Assembly (NCBI GenBank): GCA_965644315.1
Contig: CBFFRQ010000065.1
Span: forward strand, 248,001 to 312,000
From: Caecitellus pseudoparvulus
Lineage: Eukaryota; Protista; Bigyra: Bicosoecida
DNA: 64,000 nt
Reading direction: 5' to 3'
Below are positions 44,501 through 56,700 of the stretch, one piece after another (position 1 is the first letter of the stretch; every line of letters starts with the position of its first letter). The position numbers and the translations under genes are program-made. The notes under the pieces were generated by a model, which saw only the letters and a list, made by a program, of their open reading frames with translations, searched no databases and was not told where the DNA came from.

Positions 44501-46552
44501 GGCGCCTTCCACAACTCCTCCCTGAAGGTGCTGGGCTTGGAGAACACGGACAGCGACGGCAGCCTTGAAGCAGCAGGAGGCGACGGCCGAGCACACCGCA
44601 TGTGGCTGCGGGCAGTGACTGTGCAGCAGCTGCGCTCCGCCGAGTTGACCATCGCTGTGGAGTGGCCGCCGCACCCCCGCGAAATGGGGGAAGGCGACCG
44701 GGATGGGCTCATCGAAGCTGCTGCCTCGGGTCCTGCCGACCGGGTCGTGCGGTGGGGCATGCAGGACAGCCTCTTTGCGCCACGGGCTGCGGAGGCTGAG
44801 GGCGGCAGCATTCTTGACACGTCGGACATTCTGGAAGCAGCCATGTCCGCTGACTGGGCACGGGCCAAGTTCAAGAAGCTCATGCCAGAGGAGAGCACGC
44901 AGTTTGCCGTGCGGCAGCTCATCAAACGCCGGTACCCCATGTTGAGGGACTTGTTCCGGGCGTGTTCCACACCCCGCTCTGACTCAGGCGTGTTCGGACT
45001 CACCATGGCGGACTGGACTGCATTCTGGCAAGCTATCCTGCGAACCGCTGGCATCAGTCTTGCGGCGCAGGAGGAAGGTGGCCCGGCCCCAACGCCCATG
45101 GCAAGTGAGGGTGCCAGCGGCCTCGCCTTCACCCCCAGTGCGGCGGCAGTGCCAGCCGCGCGCTCCATGCGCCAGGCAGACTTTGACAACATCTTCATCT
45201 CTGCCACATGGCAGGCGCCGACTGCGCGGCACCCCTGCAACCCCTCCCACCTCATGTGCCGCTTTGAGTTTCTGGAGGCGATTGTGCGCATGGCCCTGGT
45301 GTTGCGGGCGCCCCCCCACTCGCGGGATGAAGGCGCCAAGGTCACTGCTGTGGACTGCTTCCTTGCCGAAGACATCTTGCCGCTGTGCCAGCAGCGCCTA
45401 GGCATCTCCGTGCCCACCGACATCGCCAGCAACGTTTTCCGTGACGACGTGCTGTACACGGAGGTGGTGGACGTCATGCTGCGGCAGCAGCTGCCCGTGC
45501 TGCGCAAGGCATTTGAAGCCTTCAGCGCGCCGCGGGAAAGCGACGCGCAGCTGGCCCCCATCCTGACCTCTCCGCTGGGCAGGGCTGGGGGCGTCAACCC
45601 GCACACTCGCGGCAGCAAGTACATGCGTCTGCCGGACCTGCAAGCCCTGCTGGCTGAGGCTGGCCTGGCGCCTGCGCTGGGCCAACTGCGCCCTCAGGCT
45701 GCCTTCATCTGGTCCTCACTCACACACGTTGACGAGCTTGCTCGCAGCAGGCGCCAGCACTGTGTGGAGGAGCACACCCTGCTCGATTTCGCAGAGTGCC
45801 TGGTGCGCCTGGCGTGGAGCTGCCACCTGCCCGTGTCAGGAGCGAGTGTGTCGGCGGCTGTGCGCACCGTGCGACTGGGCGTGCGGCGCCGGTTCGGTGT
45901 GGCTGCCGAGGGGGGCGATGCCTTGTTCATCACTGGCGACCCAGCGGAAATGACCTTCGACGATGTGACAGCCTACTGCAGCCGGGTGACAGCTGCCTGC
46001 GCCGTGCGGGCCAGCTCCAAGGCCGACGGCATGGACGCTTGGATGTGCAGCACGCAGAAGACCAATGAGATGTTCTGGACCATCGCACGGACAGATGCCT
46101 TGTGTCGGCACATCTCCTGGGCGCTCGGCGTTGGCGACCAGCCGGCCCCGGCGGTGACAGGTCTGCCCAGGGCCAACGCCACGTTCTCGAGCGACGCACT
46201 CACACCCTCCGCACGCAGTGAAGTAGGGCGCCTGCCTTCCACCGCCCCTCCCACGTCCCTTGCCGTGGGCATCGAGGCAGCTGCGCTGCCCCTGCAGTTG
46301 ACTTCGGAGCTGGGTGAGAGGGAACCAACGACGCCCACGGTGGGGGTAACGCTGGGTGACCTGCTCAGCAGCCCCCCCAGGCCACCATCCAGGGGCGTTG
46401 GGGCGGGTGCAGGTGCCCGCCTCCCCTCCCGAGGCAGCGCAAGTCGTGGAGCTGGCAGCCGGGGGGGCAGCCGTGGGGGCAGTCGGGGGAACGCCCTGAC
46501 ACCCACTTCAGGCCTGGGGGGGACGCCAAGCTTCACACAGAGTCAGGGGTGA
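41522..46552 (+). CDS. Large RNI-like leucine-rich-repeat protein with a C-terminal EF-hand-like helical region
   Basis: Single long ORF; first ATG at 41522. LRRs 'LTHLDLSHNPL', 'LTSLHLDGCRLG', 'LEHLDVSRNRLG' and 'LAELHLGFNPLG'; also the motif 'RFEFLEAIVRMA'. Confidence 0.7.
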   Translation: MDSAPSLPKVDASLKESVLIPSAFPTADADLWELQQAAARAGVQEPLTAEALRRLPRSSSLASPSWGGVSHADTTLRPLPSAPSHDPESPPGGAADESGPLSPQAAPQQGALPTKPGHTWVREDLGVVVDTPSASKAPGLFSPARTVRSLMGRAPITPSPNKHRSGQHTEPADDPLQVYVAACRLAFPPQKPLASVVRVLVAWAPHVSSLPLSKLAFRPLFRDLRVGKSNHTLNLTEQILSPPAAEALGRALRAGVWTAAPASTLRLALDGVHAGGQALCTLLTSAAQCPALRGISVGDTQVLQHVDSAMALFQLLAAQPQIQRLALRRAGVTDAVLAGLRDVLCWQPGREWKDTLKLRVPLLCATQAAAGARGGVRVLPLSHIPLPSLLASDEGPPTAANKARWTLPLLARLAKALMGSPMGQVLNKLVKQGESLSPALQGLALSLAKLGSTGPAPASGADTATATAGEETGPEDGVLAVPSGFVGPLARPIAWELVRPQAATWQGLHSQDVPQLVSAAAAAVGEAVGSQRVLPPDERLAAALQAEQQAASKRLSGEVAADSLKPRLMPTVQLDTAGQLVDLPALVREIAALMTAQLQAPASAAAQASALQTFQRAAEGRGIAAAAQEAASASPSRLPALSPQQAHDAFSPVQKRKQAPPPLLFRGLAADLLTAAPLAGDSPAHFDSARTADSLIHDEGESPRDPAGVLTFASPGPRQTLGASSSAPSLPQGQSRSSPLGPLRSPLGRSQTKTPQRQSLVPSPVKDAWASQPDLARALESSMEAPADALAPPTMPPRLTHLDLSHNPLSPFAGVLLASMLVGSSPPSSAAPLVQSVDSPHQQSAAASSAAASEGGEEVASGKAGGSSWVGLAWHVQQPRFRRLELTSLHLDGCRLGNAGALPILKACLETDVTLKVLTLSMTGLQDTPRLAYVLGAVLAETHALEHLDVSRNRLGPLSAAAVAGALVKNRTLAELHLGFNPLGYEGGMEVLLGAFHNSSLKVLGLENTDSDGSLEAAGGDGRAHRMWLRAVTVQQLRSAELTIAVEWPPHPREMGEGDRDGLIEAAASGPADRVVRWGMQDSLFAPRAAEAEGGSILDTSDILEAAMSADWARAKFKKLMPEESTQFAVRQLIKRRYPMLRDLFRACSTPRSDSGVFGLTMADWTAFWQAILRTAGISLAAQEEGGPAPTPMASEGASGLAFTPSAAAVPAARSMRQADFDNIFISATWQAPTARHPCNPSHLMCRFEFLEAIVRMALVLRAPPHSRDEGAKVTAVDCFLAEDILPLCQQRLGISVPTDIASNVFRDDVLYTEVVDVMLRQQLPVLRKAFEAFSAPRESDAQLAPILTSPLGRAGGVNPHTRGSKYMRLPDLQALLAEAGLAPALGQLRPQAAFIWSSLTHVDELARSRRQHCVEEHTLLDFAECLVRLAWSCHLPVSGASVSAAVRTVRLGVRRRFGVAAEGGDALFITGDPAEMTFDDVTAYCSRVTAACAVRASSKADGMDAWMCSTQKTNEMFWTIARTDALCRHISWALGVGDQPAPAVTGLPRANATFSSDALTPSARSEVGRLPSTAPPTSLAVGIEAAALPLQLTSELGEREPTTPTVGVTLGDLLSSPPRPPSRGVGAGAGARLPSRGSASRGAGSRGGSRGGSRGNALTPTSGLGGTPSFTQSQG
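46453..46490 (+). repeat. Three 12-bp coding tandem units (GSRG repeats)
   Basis: ggcagccggggg-ggcagccgtggg-ggcagtcggggg. Confidence 0.6.
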
Positions 46553-46880
46553 CGTGGCGCTCCAGGGTGTCGGCGCCCAACTGCCATGCTCGAGCCTGCT
46601 GTCCCGTGGACATTAGCGTGTGTTTAGATAGCTCGCGGCGCACAGAGAATCTGCGAGGCCGGGGCTACTCGCATTGGCAATGCACGCTCCAAACTCTTCA
46701 AGAAGAGCAATGCCGCGAGCTGGCCACATGCAGGCTGTTTGGCTCGGCCCAACTTGTCGCCAGTGCAGCTGTTCTTCCCCACGCCTGACCTAGCCCGGCT
46801 CTCCCTCACCGCGCCTGCGCTACCGTTAACAGTGGGCTGGCCTCGGGCTTGCAGCTGAGGCAGGTCTAAGTGTGTTCAAC

Positions 46881-49800
46881 ATGGAAACTGAGTATGTTTG
46901 GGCCATTGACAAGGATGAGGCCTGGGTGAAGTGCGCAGTGCTGAGTCAGGTGCGCTGAAAGGGAAAGCAGTGGCCCAAGTGCACTGCCTCTCCCCACCCT
47001 GCACCTCCCCACGCTGCACCACGTCACCGCACACACTTGCGCAGGAGATCAAAGAGGATGGTAGTACGGACTTTCTTCTCCAAGCTGAAGGCGAAGTGGA
47101 GCCTAGGAGAGTGACTGCAACCCACGGCGGCAGTGAAAGTGGCGCCGGTGCGGAAGTTGGCCCTGGCGACAGCGTCGAGTTTGACACCATCAAGACCGCA
47201 AACGACTTTCCCGAGGGGGCTGAAGCCGTGGAAGACTTGATTTCCCTGCCCCATCTTCATGAACCCTCCATCCTTCACGTCATCTCCAGGCGCTTCGCGA
47301 GGGATGACATCTACACGGCATGCGGCAGCGTGTTGCTGGCTGTGAACCCCTTCCGGCCCCTGCCGCACCTGTACTCCTCAGACACGCTGCAGTCCTACCA
47401 CACATACAGCCTGCTGACCTCTAGCGGGGGTGAGGTGGATGCAGCACTGCCCCCTCACGTGTATGCGACAGCCGCCGCAGCACGAGCAGCCATGATGAAC
47501 GGAGACCCCGCTCTGGGGGTGGTCGTGAACCAAAGCTTGCTGGTGTCCGGTGAGAGTGGAGCGGGCAAGACCGAGACAACGAAGATTGTCATGCGTTTCC
47601 TTGCTGCGGTCGGCGCCTCGTCCAGCTCTGGCGGGCACAGCGACATGCACGCACGGGTGCTGCAGTCCAACCCCATTCTGGAGGCCTTTGGCAACGCTGC
47701 CACCCTGCGAAACGCCAACTCTTCCCGATTTGGCAAGTACATTGAGCTGCAGCACGATGTGCAAGGTGCCCTCGTCGGTGCACGCATCTCACACTACCTG
47801 CTAGAGCGGGTGCGCCTCGTACGGGTGGGGTCTGGCGAGCGCACGTACCATGCATTCTACCAGTGCCTTGCTGGCGCACCAGCTGAGTGGAAGGAGGCGT
47901 GGGGCGTGCCGTCCTCTGCAGATGAGTGCATGGCGCTGTTCAAGCTTGTGCAGCAGTCAGGGACGAGCGCTCTGGAGGGCGTGGACGACGCTGAGGAGTG
48001 GGCGGGCACGCTGGCGGCCATGTCCACGATGCAGTTCGCAGGCGACGACGTGCAGGGCATGTGGCGCACTGTGGCGGCATTGTTGTGGCTGGGGAACGTT
48101 GAGTTTGTTGCAGGGCCAGATGGCCCTGACTCCTCGGTGGTGCAGTCGGCCGGCGCCAGCGGGGAGGCGTTTGAGAAGGCCTGCGACCTGCTGGGCGTGG
48201 AGGCTGCCGCGCTGCAGGACGCCCTGACGAGCAAGACGCTGGTGGTTGTGCGCGAAAGCACAAAGAAGTACTTCACGCCTCGGGGAGCTGCAGATGCGCG
48301 TGACGCCCTCATCAAGGCGCTGTACGGCGACCTCTTTGCCTGCATTGTGTCGGCGGTGAATGCGCGCATCAGGCAGGACGCCACGACGGACAGCTTCATC
48401 GGCGTGCTGGACATCTTTGGCTTCGAGTCGTTCAAGAGCAACTCCTTTGAGCAGCTTTGCATCAACTACGCGAACGAGACGCTCCAGCAGCACTTCAACC
48501 AGTTCGTGTTCAAGGCAGAGCAGGCGGAATACCGGCGAGAAGGCATTGACTGGACGGGTATTTCCTTCCCCGACAACGCAGAGTGCCTGGACCTCATCCA
48601 GGGTCGATCTCCGCCTGGCCTGCTGTCGCTGCTGGACGAAGCCTGCCTCATGCCTCGCGGCAGTGATGAAGGGTTCGCCCGCAAGTGCTACGAGCACCTC
48701 GGCAAGCACCCTCGCCTGCACGTGACGTCGAAGCAGCGCGCCAGGCACCAGTTCACAGTGCTGCACTATGCCGGGCAGGTCGTGTACTCGACAGAGGGCT
48801 TTTGCGACAAGAACAAGGACCGCATCCACCCCGAAGCAAAGGAAGTCGTCGCAGCGTCAAGCAACGAATTCGTGGCAGGTTTGCTGGGGCAGGAGGGCAC
48901 CAGCTCAGGTGACAGCACGCCAGAGTACATTTCCCGTGCCATCGCAGAGGCATCAACTGCACGAAAGGCCATGGGGGGCACTGCAGGCAAGTCGAGCTCA
49001 GGGGCTGGGGGCGGCAAGAAGCGTGTCAAGGCGGGGAAAGGCGCGCTGTCAGCACCAACAGTGGGGACACAGTTTCGCGGCCAGCTGCGCACGCTGCTGA
49101 CCATCATCAACGCCACTGCCCCGCACTATATCCGCTGCTTGAAGCCGAACGCCAGCTGCTCTCCCCGCATTATTGAGCGACCTGGTTTAGTGGCACAGTT
49201 GCGCTGTGGGGGTGTGCTGGAGGCTGTCCGTGTGTCCCGCGTGGGGTACCCTGTGCGCTTCCTGCACAGCGTCTTCGCAGCGCGGTACCGGGCCATCGCG
49301 GCAGCTGCTGGCTGCCCAGCCCTTGATGCCACCCCAGATGGCTGTGCATGCGTGTTGGAAGGCTTGGTGAGTGCCGCTCGGGAGGCGCGGTATGCGCCAG
49401 AGTCTGGCCACTCTGCCAGCCAGCGCTGGCGCGGCGCTGTGGCTGAGGCGCTTGCGAGTCTCAGCCCTGAGGGGGGGCCAGGCAAGTTGGAGGGCTTGTA
49501 CCAAGTGGGCAAGAGCAAGGTCTTCTTCCGGCAAGGCAGTTCTGAGGCACTGGAGGCTGCCCGGCAGCGCATTCTGGCCGCGGCAGTGCTGCGCGTGCAG
49601 GGCAGCATGCGCACTGCCCTTGCCGCCCGTCGATGGGCCAGCATGCGCCGTGCTGTGGTGACGGTGCAGTGCGCCATCCGGCAGGCAGCCGCCAGGCGTG
49701 CCTTAGCAACTGCGCGTCGCGAACGTGCGGCGGTGAAGCTGCAGGCATGGAGCCGTATGCTGCTAGCGTGCCTCGCTTTCGCACGGGGTCGCATGGCTGT

Positions 49801-51859
49801 CGTGCTCCTGCAAGCTGCCCTGCGAGGCTCGACTGCCCGTGTGATGGTGCAGTCCATGCTGCGAAACAAGGCCGCGGCACGCCTGCAGGCAACGGTGCGC
49901 ATGTGGCGTCAGCGTGGGCGTTGGACGGCCATGCAGCGTTGTGCGCGTGCGCTGCAAAACGCAACTCGGCAGCGGGCAGCCAAGCAGCGCCTGGCAGCCC
50001 TCCGCCAGGAGGCACGCAATGTGGACAATCTCAAGTCCACGGTGGCAGAGCTGCGCTCGGCCCTGGCTGCTGCCCAGGCGCAGAATGGCGCCTTGCTCCA
50101 GAAACTGCGCGGCAGCGAGGCGGCCGAGGCAGGGGAGCGGCAAGATGCAGGCGAGGCGGTGGCGGGTGACGGTCGCATCATGCCTGTGGATGCGCCCGCA
50201 GCACCCGTCGAGACCACTGAAGACACGGCCGACGCAGGGGGTAAGCTGGCAGGGCTCATGCAGCGTGCTGAGAGCGTGAGTTTGTCTGGCGTGCCAGATC
50301 TGCTGAAGGCGCTGGGTGTGCAACTCAGCGTTGTCAGCGAGGTGCAGGCTGCTCTGGCGGACCAACCACCTACCGCGGTGCAAGCTGCGCCCCCTGCATC
50401 CCCAGAGGTCACCGGCAGCCTCGACACGTCTGCTTCCTGCCCGCCCAGCACACCGCCGGCCACAAGGGAGAGTGCAGGCGGTGCGAAGCATAACGTCAGC
50501 CCCGCTCGTGGCACGCCCCCCCACCACACACCCAGCGGGGACAGGGCTCCCTCTGCGCCCTCCTCCGCACCACAGCAGACCCGCAAGGCGGGCCTGGACT
50601 GGCACCAGCGGTACCAAGCCGAAGTTGCGCGCTGTGCCAGTCTCCGCAAGGAGCGCGATCGCCAAGTGCGAGCGTTGGAGCTCAGTCTGGCACGCCTCAC
50701 CAGCAAGGTCGACAGCATCTCGCGTGAGCGGGATGCTGCCAAGGAAAACCTGAAGCTGGCGCGCCTGACACTGCAGGCCAGGCACGGCACACCCTCCATC
50801 CCCCGCAACCCGCCCAAGTCGACGCGGTCCGTCATCCCAAGCAGCCCCGCCACATACACAACACCTGCCAAGCGCGCGGTGGTTCTGTCCCATGACGTCT
50901 TTTCCGACGACGATTCCGACGAAGAACGCCCAACCAAGACGGCGGGTATGGCAAGCCCCGCCCACAGCCGCTCCCGCAGGGACAGCGCAGCCTCCTTTGC
51001 CACGGCGCTGGAAGAAGCTGAGGTGGAGGGCGCCCCAGCCTCACCAGTCCTGCGAGCGCAGGGCAGCAGCCCGCATCAGAAGGGGGCCTTCGCACAGGCC
51101 ACGGCGTCGGCCATCACAACTGTGCCGGAGCAGGGCGCGGCGCGGCCACGCAGCATCAGCAACTTCTCCTCCCACATTCGGAACTGGTTTGCGGGCAAGG
51201 CAGCGAGCCCCAAACACCAGACAACCCTGGACCTCACCAGCGGCCACACCAGCACGCGCCAAGTGCACGGTGGCGGCATGCAAGTTGACCGCTTGGCCAG
51301 GGCTGTGAACGGCTCCCCCATGGCAGGCGGCAAAGTGCCCATCCCTGCCTCTGTCGCGGCAGCTGCCCTGGCGGCACATGTCGTGGGTGGGCAGCTCGGT
51401 GAAGCCAGCCAGGCTCGAGGGCAGCTGCGTGGCGCTCGGCAGCGCCACCCCACTGGCTCTTGGCCTGTGACCAGTCCCCCCCCTCAACTGTCTGTGGTTG
51501 GGCCGGACACCCTGGTGTGGGTTCGCGGTCAGGAGGTGGCTCTGGGCGACCTGCCCCCCTCGGAGCGAGAGGTGGCCACTGCCCGTTTGGAGCAGGAGCT
51601 GGCAGCTCAGAGCCTCGCGGATGTGTCTGCGGAGCTGGCGGAAACCAAGCTCAGTTTGCAGGCTGCGCAGGCGGAGAAGGAGGAGCTAGCCAGCCGGCTG
51701 CGGGCGATGGAGAACGCAAAGCAGGACATCGTGGCTCAGCTGCAGCGCCTTGGAAACGTCCAGGCCCTAGCCGCGAAGTTGACTCGCCAGGAGGGCGGAC
51801 GCCAAGCTGCTGCTCGCGCAGCCCGCCGCACCCACGCCACAGGCACAGTCGGAGTGTGA
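46881..51859 (+). CDS. Unconventional myosin heavy chain (SH3-like N-terminus, motor, several IQ motifs, coiled-coil tail)
   Basis: Exon 1 is 46881-46949 (METEYVWAIDKDEAWV...), the intron runs to 47044. Motor motifs GESGAGKT, NPILEAFGNA, NSSRFGK, DIFGFE and HYIRCLKPN. IQ-like units include VQGSMR, VQCAIR, LQAWSR, LQAALRG and LQATVR. Confidence 0.95.
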
Positions 51860-51875
51860 GCGGGTGGAAATGCAG

Positions 51876-53086
51876 CTAGCGCCCTTGAGCGATGACGACA
51901 TTGTACCTCGCGCCAGCCGCATCTACCACGCGCCCCCATGCCAGGCTCCATTGCTTCACTCGCGAGCCAGGCAGGACGACCCGTGCAGCCACGGGAGCCA
52001 AGGTGACGGAGTGGGGGGTAGCTTCCGCAGAGGGCGGGGCTGTGCAGTGGAGTGGCAGAGAGAACACCACAGGCTGGAGGCGATCAGCATCTGTCTCTGT
52101 CTCAGAGCCTGCGGGCGTCAGCTGTGTCACCTGCACCTCTCGCAGGGAAACCCCACCCAGGCCAGAGCCATGTGCCTGGGAAGGCGCAGCGTGGAGATAG
52201 AGCGTTCAGGCAGCAGGCACGCCGCGGACTCCAGCATGCCCCTAGTACATACCTTGAGCACTGCCTCTTTAGCAGCCCAGTGCCAGCGGAAACGATCAAC
52301 AAGGCCACCTGGTAGTGGCGCCGTCGGTGCAGAGTCCCCGCCAAGGGCCACCGTGGGGATACCTTCCGGCACGCAGCCTGCCTCCACCTCGGCCCACTCC
52401 TCGGCTGAGAACATGCGGCTGAAGTGAAGAGTCAACCATTCCATGGTGGGGAGGTCTGACTTACCTGTGCCGGCAGAATGGCAGCGCAGTGATGGCGTTG
52501 TGGGCCAGAGCCAGATCTGGAGAATCGCTCACGTGCAGCAGGAGGCAGCACAGCAGCCGTGACATCAACACCGATGGATCCAGGCCCTGCTGCAAGACAC
52601 ACCATGCCTCCATCATGAGAAATGTTCAGATCCACGCCGTACTTGTCCCTACCACCCTGAACGCAAGCCAAGCAAGAGTTGTGCGAAACGAGCGTGAAAC
52701 GCCCGCCGAGCGGCAAATAGCACGCCACCCACCCAGCACGGCCTCCCTGACGCAGACCGGGATAGATCCACTTTAGAGGGATCTGTGGTGTCCGAAATGC
52801 AGCAGCACATCCACCGCAAGAGGTGCTGCCCTGCTGTTGAGCGCTGTGTTGGGAGGGCAGCAGCTTGCAAGCTTGCCGTGGCCCGCGTCGCATCACAACG
52901 CACTAGCCGGTCCCGGGGCTGCAGAAACCGCGCGATGCGAGACACCTCTTCAGAAGGAAGCACGTCACTCCATGCCTCTGCTTCGCCAGCCGATTCTGCC
53001 TCTTTGCTCACGTCGCAGCAGACAAGGACTGGAGCAAGGCGGCAAGCATCGCAAGCCGAAGCCTGCAGAGCAGACGCTGCCGCCAT
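51876..53086 (-). CDS. Sfp/Lys5-type 4'-phosphopantetheinyl transferase (AASDHPPT-like)
   Basis: Five predicted exons with in-frame GT-AG introns. Motifs 'EEVSRIARF', 'SRSASGRP', 'NISHDG', 'IGVDV', 'FSAEEW' and 'WAAKEAVLKAHGSGL'. Confidence 0.85.
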
Positions 53087-53788
53087 GCAAGCACCAAGCA
53101 TCCGCTCGTAGAACGTGCAAAGTGTGCACTGTGGCATGCATGGGCTATAGTGCGTCATTCGAACAGTATTGCGCACTTGGTTCAGTGGCCAATTCTCCAC
53201 TGGGTGCGGAGGATCTCGAGTAGAAAGTGTACCGCAATGTTTGGCACGCTTTCCCCTCGGGGACGCAAAGATTGACACTTGCACAGATCGAATAAACAGA
53301 AAAACAATTCCCGAAACTAAGCACCAAAACGTCTTGTCCAGAGGGAAATTTCGTCCACCATCACCCTGTCGGCCTGCTCTTGTCGCTGCCTCGCGCCCTT
53401 GCCCCTCCTCAATCGTGGCCAGAGACTGCGCCAGCGTTTCAGTGAAGCTTCCCGCTTCCAGTGTCCCGTTGAGGAAAGCGGTAAGAGGACTTTCCCGGAG
53501 GGCGAGTCACACGAACACGTGAGTTTGCCTTTGTATTTGTTCCTGCACTTCGGCAGAGCACTGCGCGGGGTCTGGGTGAGCTGAAGGTGTGGCGGTCGCT
53601 GGCGACGGGTCAGCAACCGACTTCGCTGGCGCGTCTAGTGGCCCCCTGCGAGCGAGAGCGCGGATTCTGAGACCGCAGACGACTTGTGGGCGCATTATTA
53701 CTCGATTTTGCACGCATACCACCCCTGTTTGCTCTGCACCGGTTCCCAGGGCTGAACGGAGTCTGCGAAACGCCGTCCACGAAGCAGC

Positions 53789-56700
53789 ATGTCAGGTTCG
53801 CGGCACCAGAAGAGCAGCCGATCGCGGCATGCCAATCCGCAGAGCCAGGGCGACAGTAGTTCTCCTCCAAGTGCAGCATACCGACAAGTCACCCAGGCAG
53901 GCGGCCCAGACACTGGCAGGTCACGAATACCTGCTGATGCCGTGGCAGCGCAAGCTTTGTCCAGGGCTGGTGCTGCCCCAGGCTTTGCAGGGAACAACTT
54001 GCACTCAGGCAGCGTGGCTGCCATGGTGCGGTCAGCGGCTTCGGATCTCTCGCACGCCAAGCGGCGCATCAGGCAGCTGAAGGCGGAGAGTCGCCTGGTG
54101 GCGGCGGCCAAGCGGCAGTTCGAAGCGCAGGCCGAGCGACCCCTGGCTGGGGCTGCGGTCGTCTCGCAGCAAGCCCGCCGTGGGTACTCGCCAGCTGCCC
54201 GTGGGCAACGGTCTGAGTCAGCGACAGATCACCGCAGGGATGGCGCCAGGGGCAGTCCGCCCCCCCGCGCTTCGTCAGCTGCCGATGCGCACTCCGTGCT
54301 TGGGTCTCACCTGCATGGGTCGGTCGCGGATGCGAGGGGCATGACGGCAGCCCAGAAGGCAGCCACGCCTGTGGATGTGCACCTGAAGGGCACTCTCCTC
54401 GACTGGGAGCGTCTGCAGCGACAGCACCAGGAACAGGGCGCTCTGCAGGCTGCGGGAGGTCGCATCGTCGGCGAGGGTTCCATCCCCGAGGCGTACGCTG
54501 CCTCGCGACAGCAGCCAGGTGAGCGAGGAGTGCCAGGGCGCCAAACGCCTCAGGCGGGTGCTGCAGTTGCCAGTGCTGCTCCGGCAACCACTGCTGCAGC
54601 CAGCGCCCCTGCCACTGTCGCTGGCACTCCCGTGTCCAGCTCCGCTGTGGACTCACAAGCCAGCGCCTTCCTCGGACACGCACTGCCGACGGCAGTGCTG
54701 GCCAACCCCGCCCTCGGCATGCACCAAGCAAGTGCGGACCCCCTTGATGCCCTCTTTGAGTCGGCCCACGGTCTGCGCACATCAGGCTCGCTGGCTCTGG
54801 GCCCAGGTACCTCTGGCGCCGGGCAGCCTGTGACGGAGCCAAGGCAGCACTACGTGTCTCCGGCAGAGACGGCAGCTGTGGCCGCGCTGCAGGCTCTGCA
54901 GCCGGGCTCTGCAGCGTACGAGGCACAACTGCAGCATGTCGTGGCTTTGGCCAAGTTGCGGTTCAAGCAGGAGCAATTGGAGCAGGAATCAGCGCTGGCA
55001 CGAACACGGGCCCGACTGGCGAGGGAGACCATTGAGATGGAGCGCGAGTACGAACACGAACACTGGGTGCTGGCGCAGAAGCGCCAGTACAAGCAGCGAC
55101 GCATCCTGGCAGCTGTGGAGGAGTCTCTCCGGGGCGGGGTGTTGGCGCCACCCCCTGCCGAGCAGGCAGCGAGCTTTGCCGAACGCGCGAAGCTGCCGCC
55201 CCCCGCCCAGCATGTGATGGTGGGGGGTGGAGCCCCAGGGCAAGCTGTCTACGCAGCTGGGCAGCCCGTGGCCCACCCGCCACACGCATCCCTTCGTGGC
55301 TCCCGTGCTGGCACGGCCTCCTCCGCCTCCTCCCATGAGGCCAGCTCCGACAGCGAGGTGGAAGGCGCGCCACGGAGGTCAGGTCGCCATGGTCGGCGTA
55401 GGCGGCGCGGCAGGGGTCGCCGTAGGGGCCGTGGGCGGTACTACGACTCCGAGGCAGAAGAGGAAGCCCGTGAGGCCAAGGCCGCTGCAGAGACGCTGCG
55501 GGCGGAGCGGGCTGCCCTGGCTGCCCAGCTGGAGGCCAAGGGTGAGAGCTTCCAAGCCCAGCTGTTGCTGCTGGAGGGTGAGCGTGACCGCCTGCTGCGG
55601 GATGTGGAGGCGGCCAATGCCCGGGCAGCAGAAGCGTCGGCCGCGGCAGCTGCGGAGGCTGCGGCGGCTGCCGAGGCCGCACGGGGCAAGAGCCAGGCTG
55701 GGCACGCCCTGGAAAGCATCCAGGCCGATTTGACGGACATGATCGCCCAGCGCGACCAGCTGCGCGCCGACGCAGAGGCAGCGCGGGCGAAGGTGGGGAC
55801 CCTGACGGAAGCTGCCGAGAAGCTCCAGGCGGAGCACAGGAAACGCCTGGCCCAGGCGGAACAGGATGCACAAGCCCGGGTGGAGACCCTGAAAGAGGCG
55901 CTGGAAGACGCACACGCTGCGGCAGGTGCAGCAGCAGAGGAGGCACGTCGCCGGGCAGCTTCAGCGCAGGCAGCAGGGGCCCTCGCCGAGGAAGCCCGAC
56001 GCATCGCCGCTGCTTCCAGGGCGAGCACGCTGCCCCCGCCGCCCGCCACGCCTCCTGCGCACACCGGCCCGCCAGGACGCACGGGGCCCCGGTTCGAGGT
56101 ACCGGAAATGGCGGCCGGAGTCATTTCTGCAGCGTACAAGAAGTACGCACAGGGGCGGGGGGATCTGGAGGGGGCGCTGTCCGCCCGCAAGGCCGCCGCT
56201 GCTGCCGCAGCAGCTGCAGAGCAGGGCATGGTGCTGACGCGACCCGTCAGCCCCACCACCCAAGCCGCCCGGGACATTCAGCGGGCATACCGAGGGCACT
56301 TGGTGCGGCGCCTTAGGCGGCAGGCACAGCGCCCGCCCACCTCTGCGTCATCGGCATCCCAGTCAACAGACAAAGACAGAGGCCGCCTGTCCCTGGCTGC
56401 GCTGGCTGCCCGACGCGGGACGGCTATCGACGGGTATGCTGCCACGCGCGTGCAGGCCGCGTGGCGTGGTCGCCTGGCCCGCAAGCGCTTCCGTGTGTTG
56501 AAGGACGCGGCCGATGCGCGGGCACGCCTCATGGCCGACATGGTGGGGCCTGCTTTCATCCGCAAGCCCCCCGTCGCACCAGAGCCCACGGTGCTGCAGC
56601 CTGGCGACGGCTTTGACGTGTACGTGGACGGCGCGCGGTTCCTGCCTGACAACGTGACCATTTCCAAGGTCGTCATTCGGGCGCTGAACTCCTCCTTCAA

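Noticed and set aside
52459-52467. ACTTACCTG resembling the U1 snRNA 5' end
   Set aside because: It is the reverse complement of a PPTase intron/exon junction sequence, and no U1 body follows.
53487-53495. GGAAAGTCC on the minus strand resembling RNase P/MRP CR-I
   Set aside because: I found no complementary CR-V (P4) partner downstream.
53087-53722. Open frame upstream of the PPTase interrupted by one TGA (selenoprotein or readthrough idea)
   Set aside because: No recognisable protein motif, redox context or SECIS. The region looks like a divergent promoter.
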